Below are positions 1 through 9,202 of a DNA stretch of 64,000 bases, one piece after another. The position numbers were made by a program, and so were the translations under genes. How positions within the stretch are numbered: position 1 is the stretch's first letter; every line of letters starts with the position of its first letter. The notes below the pieces were generated by a model that was not told where the DNA came from, ran no database searches, and worked only from the letters and a program-made list of their open reading frames with translations. This stretch comes from Candidatus Bathyarchaeota archaeon (lineage in GTDB: Archaea > Thermoproteota > Bathyarchaeia > Bathyarchaeales > Bathycorpusculaceae), in NCBI GenBank assembly GCA_963707955.1, contig OY970176.1:2272001-2336000 (forward strand). The letters run 5' to 3'.

Positions 1-340
1 GTGGTGTTCCAGGACCTCCAACGCCAATTTTTGATGCCCCACATGTGGTTGCTTGAAGAACAACCTTCCTAGGCGACTCTTCAAGAACTTTTATGTCGTT
101 GCCTACGATCTGAAAGAATGTGCGAGCATAGTTCAGAGCCTTTAATGCTCCCTCTCCTGGCGTTTGTTTCCACACATCCGAGTTAACAGAATCCTTCGCG
201 AAAGCAGCAAAGAATTTCTTAACCCCTTCGTCACCATAATTGCTTCTGATGAAGGCTATGGCACTTATCATTCCCACGTTGCCGAAAGACCTGGCGCCTG
301 CAAGCTTCTCCTCTAAAGAAAGAGCTTTGCCCATATTCAT
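1..340 (-). CDS. hypothetical protein, 3' end runs off the window (MNMGKALSLEEKLAGARSFGNVG...)
   Basis: ATG at 340 preceded by GGGTGAGGGG RBS; frame open to the window edge; not in ORF track because truncated. Confidence 0.7.
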   Translation of the reverse strand, partial: MNMGKALSLEEKLAGARSFGNVGMISAIAFIRSNYGDEGVKKFFAAFAKDSVNSDVWKQTPGEGALKALNYARTFFQIVGNDIKVLEESPRKVVLQATTCGASKIGVGGPGTP

Positions 341-765
341 CCCCTCACCCTCTACCATCTCTAGTTTCCACTTATAACATTTTGTATTCAACTAGAAGCA
401 TTAGTTTGGTAGTAATTTGGCACAACAACTCTGGGAATCCAATTTTCCCTTTCATTTCTCAAATATTTGGCAAACAGTAAAGCCTCTTCATTGATCAGAG
501 TTTCAATTTCCTGACGCTTACCCATCCTCACCCTTGAAACATCAACCTTGCTCTGGAAGAACGCGCGCTAAGCATTATTACACTAAAGGGATTTCCGCGT
601 GTCCAAGGCACAAGTTCTACATTCGGACCATACATCGGGAGAAACCTCGCACTCTACATTTCGAAGAATACCCGAAAGCCGAGCTTGAAGAGAACAGCAG
701 GTCTTCCACTGCGGAGTGGTACGGAAAGGATATAGCTGAACCATACGAGGTAGATTAGTGCAGGG

Positions 766-1542
766 ATGGGGAGAGGTTTGAGCGACGACGAGTCCGTTTG
801 CAAGCCGTCTGACGCCGTCAGTTATGCTGCCAAAAGCAAAAAGGTCTCGATAGAATCGCTAGGAATCCCTCAGCGCCTTGTATTGACTTACCAGAGAAGC
901 ACGTTTGAATGCGCAAGAAACCTGATCAAAGGCAAATGCGTCGAATGGCTTTATGGTGAAAGCCAGCCTTTCTGCGTTGGGCAGGTAGACGGCTTAGAAG
1001 TTGGAGTTGGTCGCTTCTGGATAGGAACTCCTGCTGCCGGTTTCACGTTGGAGGAAGCCATTGCATGCGGTGCAAAGACTGTTTTTGAAGTTGGCGTCTC
1101 AGGCGGAATCCAGTCTAACCTTCAACCAGGCGACATTGTTGTCGTAACCGGAGCGATTCGTGATGAGGGAACCTCGTACCATTATTTCCCACCAGAAGTG
1201 GAAGTTGAGTCCGACATTCCACTTAGAGACAAGCTGATTGAGCATCTGAAGGAGAAGAGAATCAGACATCTCATCGGTCCTGTCTGGTCGACTGATGGAG
1301 CTTACAGAGAAACCCGAGGAAAACTTGGAAAGTTCAAACAACGCGGAATCCTGACTGTCAATATGGAGACGTCTGCCGTTTTTGCCATTGCTAAATACAG
1401 GAATGTTAAGGCTGCTTCAGCGCAGGTCACCTCTGACATCTTGACTGAGAATGGGTGGCAGCTAGCTTTCGGAGACCAATCAATTAGAGAAAGCACAAAG
1501 GTCCTTTTGAAGGCTGTCATAGAGACTATTTCTGAAGAGTAG
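766..1542 (+). CDS. nucleoside phosphorylase (PNP/UDP family 1)
   Basis: GVSGG, IRDEGTSYHY, STDGAYRET and VNMETSAVF motifs. Confidence 0.9.
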   Translation: MGRGLSDDESVCKPSDAVSYAAKSKKVSIESLGIPQRLVLTYQRSTFECARNLIKGKCVEWLYGESQPFCVGQVDGLEVGVGRFWIGTPAAGFTLEEAIACGAKTVFEVGVSGGIQSNLQPGDIVVVTGAIRDEGTSYHYFPPEVEVESDIPLRDKLIEHLKEKRIRHLIGPVWSTDGAYRETRGKLGKFKQRGILTVNMETSAVFAIAKYRNVKAASAQVTSDILTENGWQLAFGDQSIRESTKVLLKAVIETISEE

Positions 1543-1590
1543 CGCGCGCAAAAACGTTAAGCGGTTTTTTCGTGGACCCGCTGCTTGTTC

Positions 1591-2295
1591 TTAAAGTTCT
1601 AAAGTCTGGGAAGCGTAGGGCGCAAGTATGATTACTTTTGTCTGCGGCATTTTCTCCTTTATCATGTTTTCGAATTTGTTGTATTGTCCTTTGGATCCGT
1701 GCATGACCACGACGACGTTTGGCTTTAATTCAGAGGCCATTTTGAAGGAGTTTTCGGGGGACGCCGTTCGAGACCATCGCCCTGTAGGCAGAAAAGCTAG
1801 TTGTGACTGATAATCCTTCACGGGCACGTATCCTGAGTCGCCCGCGTGGAACACGAGAAGGTTCCCCATTTTTACCTGGAAGAGCATTATTGGACCACTG
1901 TGAACTCCTTGAACGGCCTTTACGATGAGGTCTCCATAAGCGTACGTTTGACCGGACGTCGCACTTGTCAGCTTGTCGCCGGGGATTTTTCCTTTCAATT
2001 TGTTGGCGACTTTAGCCTCGGCCAATATAGGCGCTCCAGTCGTCTTGAAAAGTTTCAAAGTCTTGCCTTCACTGAAATGATCCATATGGCTGTGCGTGAA
2101 GAGCAGAAGGTTGACTTCTTTGAGGGCCGCGGCCTCGTCATCCTTCAAAAAGCCTGCCGCGTCGATCAGAACGCTTTGTTTCGAGGTTCTTGCGAGGATT
2201 CCTGAAGCCCCGAGGTACATAACGGCAATCTGGTTCTCAGAAAGCCCTAAAGCAAAAAATTTGCCGATTTCTTCAGCCTTGCTCTGTCTAAACAC
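1591..2295 (-). CDS. MBL-fold metallo-hydrolase (UlaG-like)
   Basis: THSHMDH metal-binding motif, HAGDSG, VVMHG. Confidence 0.85.
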   Translation of the reverse strand: MFRQSKAEEIGKFFALGLSENQIAVMYLGASGILARTSKQSVLIDAAGFLKDDEAAALKEVNLLLFTHSHMDHFSEGKTLKLFKTTGAPILAEAKVANKLKGKIPGDKLTSATSGQTYAYGDLIVKAVQGVHSGPIMLFQVKMGNLLVFHAGDSGYVPVKDYQSQLAFLPTGRWSRTASPENSFKMASELKPNVVVVMHGSKGQYNKFENMIKEKMPQTKVIILAPYASQTLEL

Positions 2296-2395
2296 AAATT
2301 ATCGCCATTCCTCTGTGGGAGCTACTTACTATAAATATCTTGACCGACCGGCTTGATAATCCTTGATAGGCTGAATTATCTGTATGGTAAACCGC

Positions 2396-3097
2396 CTACG
2401 TTGATGGCACTGCACTTAGTCTCTCCATAATCTCGTCTGCGGATAAGACCATTGCGAACCCTTTTCTCAGAGTCTTCAGCTCTGCTTCGTGGAGAGTTGG
2501 GTCGTCGGTGGAAGTCACGTCGCTTCCAATCACAACCTTGAATCCTCTCTCGTAAGCTTGTCTGGCGGTTGTGCCGCAACAGAAATTCGTCAGTGTACCG
2601 CAAATAATGACGGTGTCCTTGTCCAGGTTCTTAAGGATAGTTTCCAAGGGAGTGTCATAGAAGGCACCGTATGATGGCTTTTGGATAACTATCTCCTCGT
2701 CTAAAGGGGCGATTTCATGCCATATGTTCCCGTCCTTGAACCAAGACGGATCCTTGGATCCTAACTCTCCGTAGCGGTTTGACATAAACTTCCCAGCTAA
2801 TGGGCGATCAAAATAATTGTGGGTCTTTGCAAAGACAGTGAAAATAGCTGGAATCCCCTTGTTCCTGCAGAACTCCAATAGACGCTTTATGCGTGGCACT
2901 TGGCGAGTTGCCTCAGGAACCCAGAAAGGTGTCCAATGAGGTTTCACGAATTCATCCTGCATGTCAATAACCAGCAAAGCGCATCTGACTTGTTTGACAT
3001 CAAAGACAGGGTTCTTCTCATAGGCCTGTTTCGCCAGCTCTAGGACATCTCGCTCTGTGAACTCATGACTATCTGATTGAAATCTTCGCTTCGACAT
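2396..3097 (-). CDS. isochorismatase-family cysteine hydrolase
   Basis: LLVIDMQDEF, KPSYGAFYDT, GTLTNFCCGTTAR (Asp-Lys-Cys triad). Confidence 0.9.
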   Translation of the reverse strand: MSKRRFQSDSHEFTERDVLELAKQAYEKNPVFDVKQVRCALLVIDMQDEFVKPHWTPFWVPEATRQVPRIKRLLEFCRNKGIPAIFTVFAKTHNYFDRPLAGKFMSNRYGELGSKDPSWFKDGNIWHEIAPLDEEIVIQKPSYGAFYDTPLETILKNLDKDTVIICGTLTNFCCGTTARQAYERGFKVVIGSDVTSTDDPTLHEAELKTLRKGFAMVLSADEIMERLSAVPST

Positions 3098-3315
3098 ATA
3101 CTTAACGCCGCATCATTTTCGCTTATTTGTCTTTTGGGAGTGGATATTTGTTCCCGGTGTCTCGATACCCGCCAAGTGGAATCAGCGCAGATAGAGCTTC
3201 CAATCACGCTTGCAAACGCCACCTGATCTTCCCATCCTTCTCCCGCAAGAGCGGGACAAAGTCGCGCGCGGCCAATTAGAAGAATTAATAAAGTTACAGA
3301 CTGAAACGGCAAGTC

Positions 3316-4137
3316 ATGATTGATGATTCGTTACTGATACGTTATATTCTAGCATTTGCGGTGGGAAGCTTGTGGGTAACCCTCATAACTATTATTGCTG
3401 AAAGAAGAGACAGTGCAGTCGGCGGCATTCTAGGAGGGCTCCCATCTACATCAGCTTTTGCATTCTTATTCATCGGGCTAAACCAATCTTCATCGGCTGC
3501 AGTTCAGGCCACAACCGTCTTTCCATTAGTGTTCAGCTTCACAAGCGCCTTCCTCTTGTTCTACGCGTTCTTCGCCCGCAAAGGATTCACCGTCGGTTTC
3601 ACCATTTCCCTATTAATATGGTTTTTAGTCTCCGTCATAATCGTCGTGTCGGGCCTGAAAGACTTCGCATTTTGTTTAGGTAGCGGTGTTTTGGTCTCCG
3701 CAGCGGTCTACTACATTTTTGCCAAAAGACTTAACCTTGAAAAATTGACTGGGGAAAAGCGGCCTTATACTCCTATGCAGATTTTAGGGCGCGCAATTGG
3801 CGCTGGCTCTCTCGTTTTCCTCGCGGTACTACTTAGCCAAATTGGAGGTCCCATCATCGGCGGAATCGCCTCCGCGTTTCCCGCGATTTTCAGTTCAACT
3901 TTGATTATCCTTTACAAGAGCGAAGGAACAGAGTTCTCCCGTGCCATGACAAAGCCATTGGTAATATCTGGTATTCTGACAGTTATTCCCTACGGCGTTG
4001 CAGTAAGATACCTGTATCCCAGTATCGGCATCTGGCTCGGGACCCTCAGCTCCTACGCCATAATAGCACCTCTAGCTGTCCTCTCCTACTTCATACTTCA
4101 GCCCAAACGAAAACAAAATCAGATTCTGTTCGATTAA
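3316..4137 (+). CDS. multi-pass membrane protein (DUF3147-like)
   Basis: About 8 hydrophobic segments with internally duplicated GGILGGLP / GGIASAFP motifs. Confidence 0.7.
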   Translation: MIDDSLLIRYILAFAVGSLWVTLITIIAERRDSAVGGILGGLPSTSAFAFLFIGLNQSSSAAVQATTVFPLVFSFTSAFLLFYAFFARKGFTVGFTISLLIWFLVSVIIVVSGLKDFAFCLGSGVLVSAAVYYIFAKRLNLEKLTGEKRPYTPMQILGRAIGAGSLVFLAVLLSQIGGPIIGGIASAFPAIFSSTLIILYKSEGTEFSRAMTKPLVISGILTVIPYGVAVRYLYPSIGIWLGTLSSYAIIAPLAVLSYFILQPKRKQNQILFD

Positions 4138-4219
4138 GGTACATATATGAACGATATTTCGTTGTCTGTTTTTCCCAATTAACAATCACTTTTTTATATA
4201 GGTGCTTTTATTTTTCTAA

Positions 4220-4666
4220 TTGGAGAAGCGTGATTCTGTGGCTACGGTAGACATTACCCAGAAGTACAAAGAAACTCTAAGCAGAATGCGAGACTATTTG
4301 ACTGACAACAATACTATGGCATGTGTAAATAATTCTCAAGACTTGACACATTATTCCAGTTTCCTTGATTTTGATGAAGGTGTTTTCGTTGGCGAATTTC
4401 TTGAGGGAATTTTAGACGATTTTGACAGCATGGTCAAGATGTTTGAACATAAAAAAGAGGAAATTGAACCAACCAAGACCAAGATAGGTTCGCTGATTAA
4501 GTTTCTTCAAACATATTTTCCACCAAAGAATGATAAGGCAAAGGCAGAGTTGTATGACATTTTAGTTTCAACTCGTTCATATGTAACTAGATCATACACA
4601 ACTTTCATGCGAGAAAAAGAAATCAAAGAACCGCCAATGAGAGGCGGATTTGAGACTACTAGCTAG
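4220..4666 (+). CDS. hypothetical protein
   Basis: 148-aa ORF, AT-rich, downstream of TTTATATA box; first of three co-oriented genes. Confidence 0.65.
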   Translation: MEKRDSVATVDITQKYKETLSRMRDYLTDNNTMACVNNSQDLTHYSSFLDFDEGVFVGEFLEGILDDFDSMVKMFEHKKEEIEPTKTKIGSLIKFLQTYFPPKNDKAKAELYDILVSTRSYVTRSYTTFMREKEIKEPPMRGGFETTS

Positions 4667-4691
4667 TGACAGATAGCGAGAGAAAAGAAAC

Positions 4692-5147
4692 ATGAGCGAT
4701 CTGTATTTGCGAAGAAAGAACCCTCAACCACTACATGCCACTCTGCCTAAGTATTATCCAAGAAAAAGAAGGAGAGTGATGCCTCACGGGTACTACAGTG
4801 AGCTATTGAAGCGGGACATCGGTGAACCTATTCGTTTAGAGTTGCATCCTAACATTCCAGCTAGTTATGAAATTGTTGTGGCTGACCTTGAGAGTACACA
4901 GAGACATCTCAAGTCGATGAGTGCTAGACTTGCGAAATTGGAAAGCCGTGTTCCTGAACAGATTGAAGTTAGAGACCTACCGTTGAAAGAAGCTAAGAAA
5001 TTGGTCAAGAATTTCTTGAAGAAATATCTTGAGGAAAATCGAAGAGTTTACCCTAGTGATGTAGCTGATGCGCTTTGCCTAGAATATGAGAGAGTATGCG
5101 AAGTGTTTAATGTTCTAGAGGAAGAGGGAAAACTGAGGAAGGAGTGA
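4692..5147 (+). CDS. hypothetical protein with coiled coil and C-terminal winged helix
   Basis: C-terminal YPSDVADALCLEYERVCEVFNVLEEEGKL resembles wHTH. Confidence 0.65.
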   Translation: MSDLYLRRKNPQPLHATLPKYYPRKRRRVMPHGYYSELLKRDIGEPIRLELHPNIPASYEIVVADLESTQRHLKSMSARLAKLESRVPEQIEVRDLPLKEAKKLVKNFLKKYLEENRRVYPSDVADALCLEYERVCEVFNVLEEEGKLRKE

Positions 5148-5150
5148 AGC

Positions 5151-5348
5151 GTGTCAAAACAATCCTTGATTTGGCACATAAATACGTATGATGCAATAAA
5201 GGGCGAAAGGGTAGTTATTGAAGCAAGAAGGTTTGGCAAGCCACATGAGATAAGCGGGAAAACAAGTAGACATGGTGCGTCAAGAGTGAAGGCTGATAAG
5301 GCAGAGGCTTGGGTAGAACAAGCATATGTTGCTGGCACTAATTGGTGA
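5151..5348 (+). CDS. small hypothetical protein
   Basis: GTG start 3 bp after upstream stop with AGGAG RBS; 65 aa. Confidence 0.4.
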   Translation: MSKQSLIWHINTYDAIKGERVVIEARRFGKPHEISGKTSRHGASRVKADKAEAWVEQAYVAGTNW

Positions 5349-5829
5349 GAGTGGGAGTAACTGCTAAGCTGTTGTGATATGTCTCACAGCTAGAAAACTG
5401 AACGGTTTTATGCTTCTTGTTCTCTACTTCGTCGTCATTATAGGTTTGAGCCTTTTCAATTGCCTTTTATGGCGTGGTAGTATGGATTTTGAGTTGGCAA
5501 CAGTTAGCGACCCGCGCGCGCTAATCCCCAAAACAGTTCTGTGTCTAACCTTGTCAAGACTTTCTTTTAATGACTACTAAGGGATTACTCATGTTCCTAG
5601 CGCACGCAGAGCATTCGTGTGTGCAATCGCCGGAAGCGGTGTCATCACGGTTATTGCTGCAAGGAACGACACTGACTCACCCGTATGGGTTCTGTGGCCC
5701 TGCGAGAACACCCGTTTGTCGATATCATCGGCATCGATACCCGGCGCGTGGATGTTGTGCGTCAGCATATTGCCTTTTCACTTTGTTTCAAGATGGATCT
5801 CCTTGTCGACCATGGTGCGCGCTGATTGC

Positions 5830-6756
5830 TTAAGCTGGAGTTAGCCATTCCTCGTGTTTGTCCACTTTTCCAGCGACTATGTCCGCGTAGTATCCTGCTA
5901 TGCGCCTCGTCACGGACCCTGGATACTCTTTGCCCAGGGTCAAATCGTCTATGCTGGTTATCGGCGTGATTTCCCCACCGGTTCCGCATAAGAAAACTTC
6001 ATCAGAAGCATAAAGCTCAACGCGTGCAATATCCCTCACTTCAACTGAAACGCCAAGATCTTCTGGTGTTATCTTGAGAAGCGTCTCTCTCGTGATGCTC
6101 TCAAGAATTGAAGCGGTCACTGGTGGAGTTATCACTTTTCCATTTCTCACCACCATAATGCAGGCACCTGTTCCTTCGCTGACAAAACCCCTATTATCCA
6201 GAAATATTGCGCCGTCATAACCCATCCTCGTGGCTTCTCGCAGGGCCAAAGCAGAATTGCCGTAATTCGCCCACGTCTTCGCCTGCGGAGGAAGCGCGTC
6301 GGAAGCGATGCGCCTCCAACTGCTAATCATGAACCTGCGGTTCTTAGAAAACTGCATATTATCTTTTCCCAGCACCGTCTCGAATGTCCAGACTGGAATG
6401 ACAACGTGAACCTCTCCTGGCGCTCCAGCCTTTGGCCAAATTCTGGGTTGAATGTAAACGTTCGTTTGGAAACCGTTTGCCCTGATAGTCTTCCTCGTAG
6501 CCTCCAATAACTCCTCGTCAGTGTAAGGTATTTTCATCCCACAGACTGCCGCAGAACGCTGGAGCCGATCAACGTGAGGCTTCCATTGAAAAATGTTCAA
6601 ACTTCCCCTGCCGTTGACATCGTTTTTCACGTAAGCCTTTATTCCCTCGAAAATGCCAAGATGGATAGGCTCCAAAGCGGAGACAAGCGCCTTTTCAGTC
6701 CCTACGACCTCACCGTTCATCCAACAGAAACCTGCACCATGAAACGCAACAGACAT
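5830..6756 (-). CDS. ilvE: branched-chain amino acid aminotransferase (class IV PLP)
   Basis: IFEGIKAY, PPQAK, SEGTGAC, ILESITR, EVFLCGTGGEITPI motifs. Confidence 0.9.
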   Translation of the reverse strand: MSVAFHGAGFCWMNGEVVGTEKALVSALEPIHLGIFEGIKAYVKNDVNGRGSLNIFQWKPHVDRLQRSAAVCGMKIPYTDEELLEATRKTIRANGFQTNVYIQPRIWPKAGAPGEVHVVIPVWTFETVLGKDNMQFSKNRRFMISSWRRIASDALPPQAKTWANYGNSALALREATRMGYDGAIFLDNRGFVSEGTGACIMVVRNGKVITPPVTASILESITRETLLKITPEDLGVSVEVRDIARVELYASDEVFLCGTGGEITPITSIDDLTLGKEYPGSVTRRIAGYYADIVAGKVDKHEEWLTPA

Positions 6757-7082
6757 AAGATGACAACCTCAAACAAAACCTAAGCTCGCCACCTTTTCTA
6801 TTTATGAGTTTTGATGCAAGCGCGCGTTGTATAAAAAGAATCAACAAAAGTCAGTGTTCACTTGGTTCAAAGGGCTTCTTTGTTTCGCCACTCCATCGGA
6901 GCCACACGTACATAGCATCCTGCCTTATGGCTTAGTAATTTCAGAGGACAGGAGAGACTAATCGGTTCTCAATTATTCTCTGTTTATTTTTCTCTGCTTC
7001 CATGTTTTCTGTTTTTTCCGTTTGTCCGTTCTAGTTCTTGCTCTGTCGTCGTCCAGTCATAATACCAACATTCTCGATGGTT

Positions 7083-7222
7083 CGTCCCGTCGTCAGAGCG
7101 AGGCGACAGGACGCATCTACTCAGAGAGGGATATACAGGTCTGGCGAGAAAGTCGCCGAGCGAATCCCTTATGTTGACCTGTGAGTGCCGTCAGTTGTTA
7201 AGGTGTTCGTCGGGTTTTTTCG
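7083..7222 (+). ncRNA. candidate structured RNA (hairpin plus pseudoknot), family unknown
   Basis: Several complementary helices in a non-coding gap followed by a T-tract; see findings. Confidence 0.25.
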
Positions 7223-7289
7223 TTCAACTTCTCGAATCTCTGAGAGCCAGATAGGCCCCTATGATTAATTCAATAGTGCTAAAGGCTTT

Positions 7290-7769
7290 CTAAGCTTCAT
7301 TTCTTTCATCTATGCGGGATGTTTTGACTATGATTGCCATAATTTCATAATCCCATGGAATAGGGAGATAGAATCGCAACGGCCTCCATTCGGTTGTTGC
7401 AGTTTTAACTTCAACAGGGAAAGCTTTGCAAGCTTCGATGAACCACTTTTTATTGAAATAATAAAGATGGTCCGCAGCTTTAGCGCCAGCCCCCATGTGA
7501 TGAGGGCAGTATATCTGCACCTTGTATCTGCTTACTCGGATGAGTTCCTTCAACATCAGAAACGGATTGGGAACATGTTCTATTACGTGATGTGAATAGA
7601 CCATGTCGAAACTGTTGTCCTGAAAAGGCAAATGCTGTGCATCTGCTCTGATAAAATTCTGCATTAGGTGTGGATTAAGGTCGAAGTCTATGCCGCGATT
7701 CACCATGTTAAGGTCTACGTTCACATCTCCTTTGGGATCGGTTCCTCCGCACCCAACGTCAAGAATCAA
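7290..7769 (-). CDS. class I SAM-dependent methyltransferase (type 11)
   Basis: ILDVGCGG, ADAQHLPFQDNSFDMV, HVIEHV. Confidence 0.85.
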   Translation of the reverse strand: MILDVGCGGTDPKGDVNVDLNMVNRGIDFDLNPHLMQNFIRADAQHLPFQDNSFDMVYSHHVIEHVPNPFLMLKELIRVSRYKVQIYCPHHMGAGAKAADHLYYFNKKWFIEACKAFPVEVKTATTEWRPLRFYLPIPWDYEIMAIIVKTSRIDERNEA

Positions 7770-7804
7770 CTTTGTCTGCTCCTAGCTGGTTTTTCTTGCC
7801 CCGC

Positions 7805-8002
7805 GGGCGCATCGCATATTATGTCCACATTCCGTCCTTTCTCGATGTCTATCCCTATATGCTCGGTTGGGTGTAATGATTCAACAAAGGGTCTAAGAGT
7901 GCCATTTACATTGCATGAACGAAATTCAATTACTCTCTGTCCTTGAACTCCGTCCTTTGTCAGATTTAACACTCTGAACATAACACAATTTACGCCACAC
8001 AT
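7805..8002 (-). pseudogene. 5' fragment of a second methyltransferase, cut at a GC-palindrome variant
   Basis: MCGVNC...RVIEFRSCNVNGTLRP...IGIDIEKGRNVDIICDA resembles a SAM-MTase N-terminus and stops at GCGCCCGCGG (7801-7810). Confidence 0.55.
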
Positions 8003-8206
8003 GCTATTCCATTCGTTAGTTAGACTATATTTTACAATTATGAATTTGGAATAAGTATTGGTAGTATACCGCGCGCTAAAGCATTTACCTGACAAGCAAA
8101 TTCACGTTTTTGGGGTCGGGAGCACTTTGACCATGCACCTGATGTTTTATGCTGGTGCAGATTCGGTTGACAGTTCTGGTTGGAGAAGAAAAGCGGCGCG
8201 CGTTGG

Positions 8207-8659
8207 TTAGGGTTGCATTGTTCGGCGGGGCATGAATTGTTGTTGTTGTTGCATCGGGTCAGGAAACCTGGAGTAGTGTTCGTGGACCACTTTCCATCCT
8301 GAATCTTGTTTGTTGAGGACGGATGTGACGCGTGAAGTCACGTCGAATGTCCTGTTTCTCATCACTGCTCGATAATGTATGATGAATGTGGCGATCGCCG
8401 TGTTCCCGAGAATGTTGGCTTGAAAATCCCTCAACTCGTAAGTGTAGCTGGACATTACCTTGAACGCGTCGAACTCGTTCTCTAAGGCTTTCGAGCCTTC
8501 CTGCCTCTCATAGGGGGGCCAGTCGTCAAATTTGTTGTAGTGCTCATCAACGATTGCTTTGACCGCACCCTCGTCCTTGTTCTTCATGGCGTCGAGCCGA
8601 CTAACTATAACATTCCTTATTTCATCCTGCGCGGGTGATCCGACTGTAGTCTGTGCCAT
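8207..8659 (-). CDS. NTF2/SnoaL-like (DUF4440-type) protein
   Basis: C-terminal GWKVVHEHYS motif; GGTGAGGTG RBS. Confidence 0.85.
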   Translation of the reverse strand: MAQTTVGSPAQDEIRNVIVSRLDAMKNKDEGAVKAIVDEHYNKFDDWPPYERQEGSKALENEFDAFKVMSSYTYELRDFQANILGNTAIATFIIHYRAVMRNRTFDVTSRVTSVLNKQDSGWKVVHEHYSRFPDPMQQQQQFMPRRTMQP

Positions 8660-9202
8660 TTTGACACCTCACCTTAAGGCGCTTGTTCTTCTCTCTTCAA
8701 AACGCGCTAGCATCTTATGTTTCTTTCTCAAGCGCGCGCCCTTTTCTTCACTTTGCATTTCTAGCATAAACGGTAGTGCGCGCGCTTCTCTAAGAATCAA
8801 CGTACAGTGGCATTTGCACTTCTCCACTGCCAAGCACGTACTCTCCATTTATCCCTTCCACTCCACTCACTAACATCAAAGTTCCTTGTGCACAAGTCTA
8901 CCTCACCCCGTCTGTAAGTCCTAGACGGTCTCAATATATAAGAGCTATAGTGAGCGCGCGCGGTTGTCTAATGTGGTTTTTACCCTTTCATCTTAAACAT
9001 TCTTGTCCTGGAAATGGAAACACGAAATGGGGTACTGTTTAAGACGACAATTGCTACTTAATCTCGACCGCTTCGCGCGCTGGGAGACCCAAACAACTTC
9101 AGGTTCGAATCCAATTAATTTCGCTGGGTTCCAGCTAAGGCATTCTGATTTGATGGACAAAATGGAAATTGCTAATACTGGCAGCCTGAATTGTCACGCG
9201 GG

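Noticed and set aside
1540-1550. GC palindrome as a simple terminator
   Set aside because: It also occurs upstream of genes, inside truncated ORFs and in clusters, and is missing after core-block operons; archaeal terminators are typically T-rich. Not fully excluded as a secondary role.
8236-8252. (CAA)n polyglutamine run as a phase-variable repeat
   Set aside because: Short, in-frame and in a disordered tail.
9079-9112. tRNA at GGTTCGAATCC
   Set aside because: Isolated motif, no cloverleaf.
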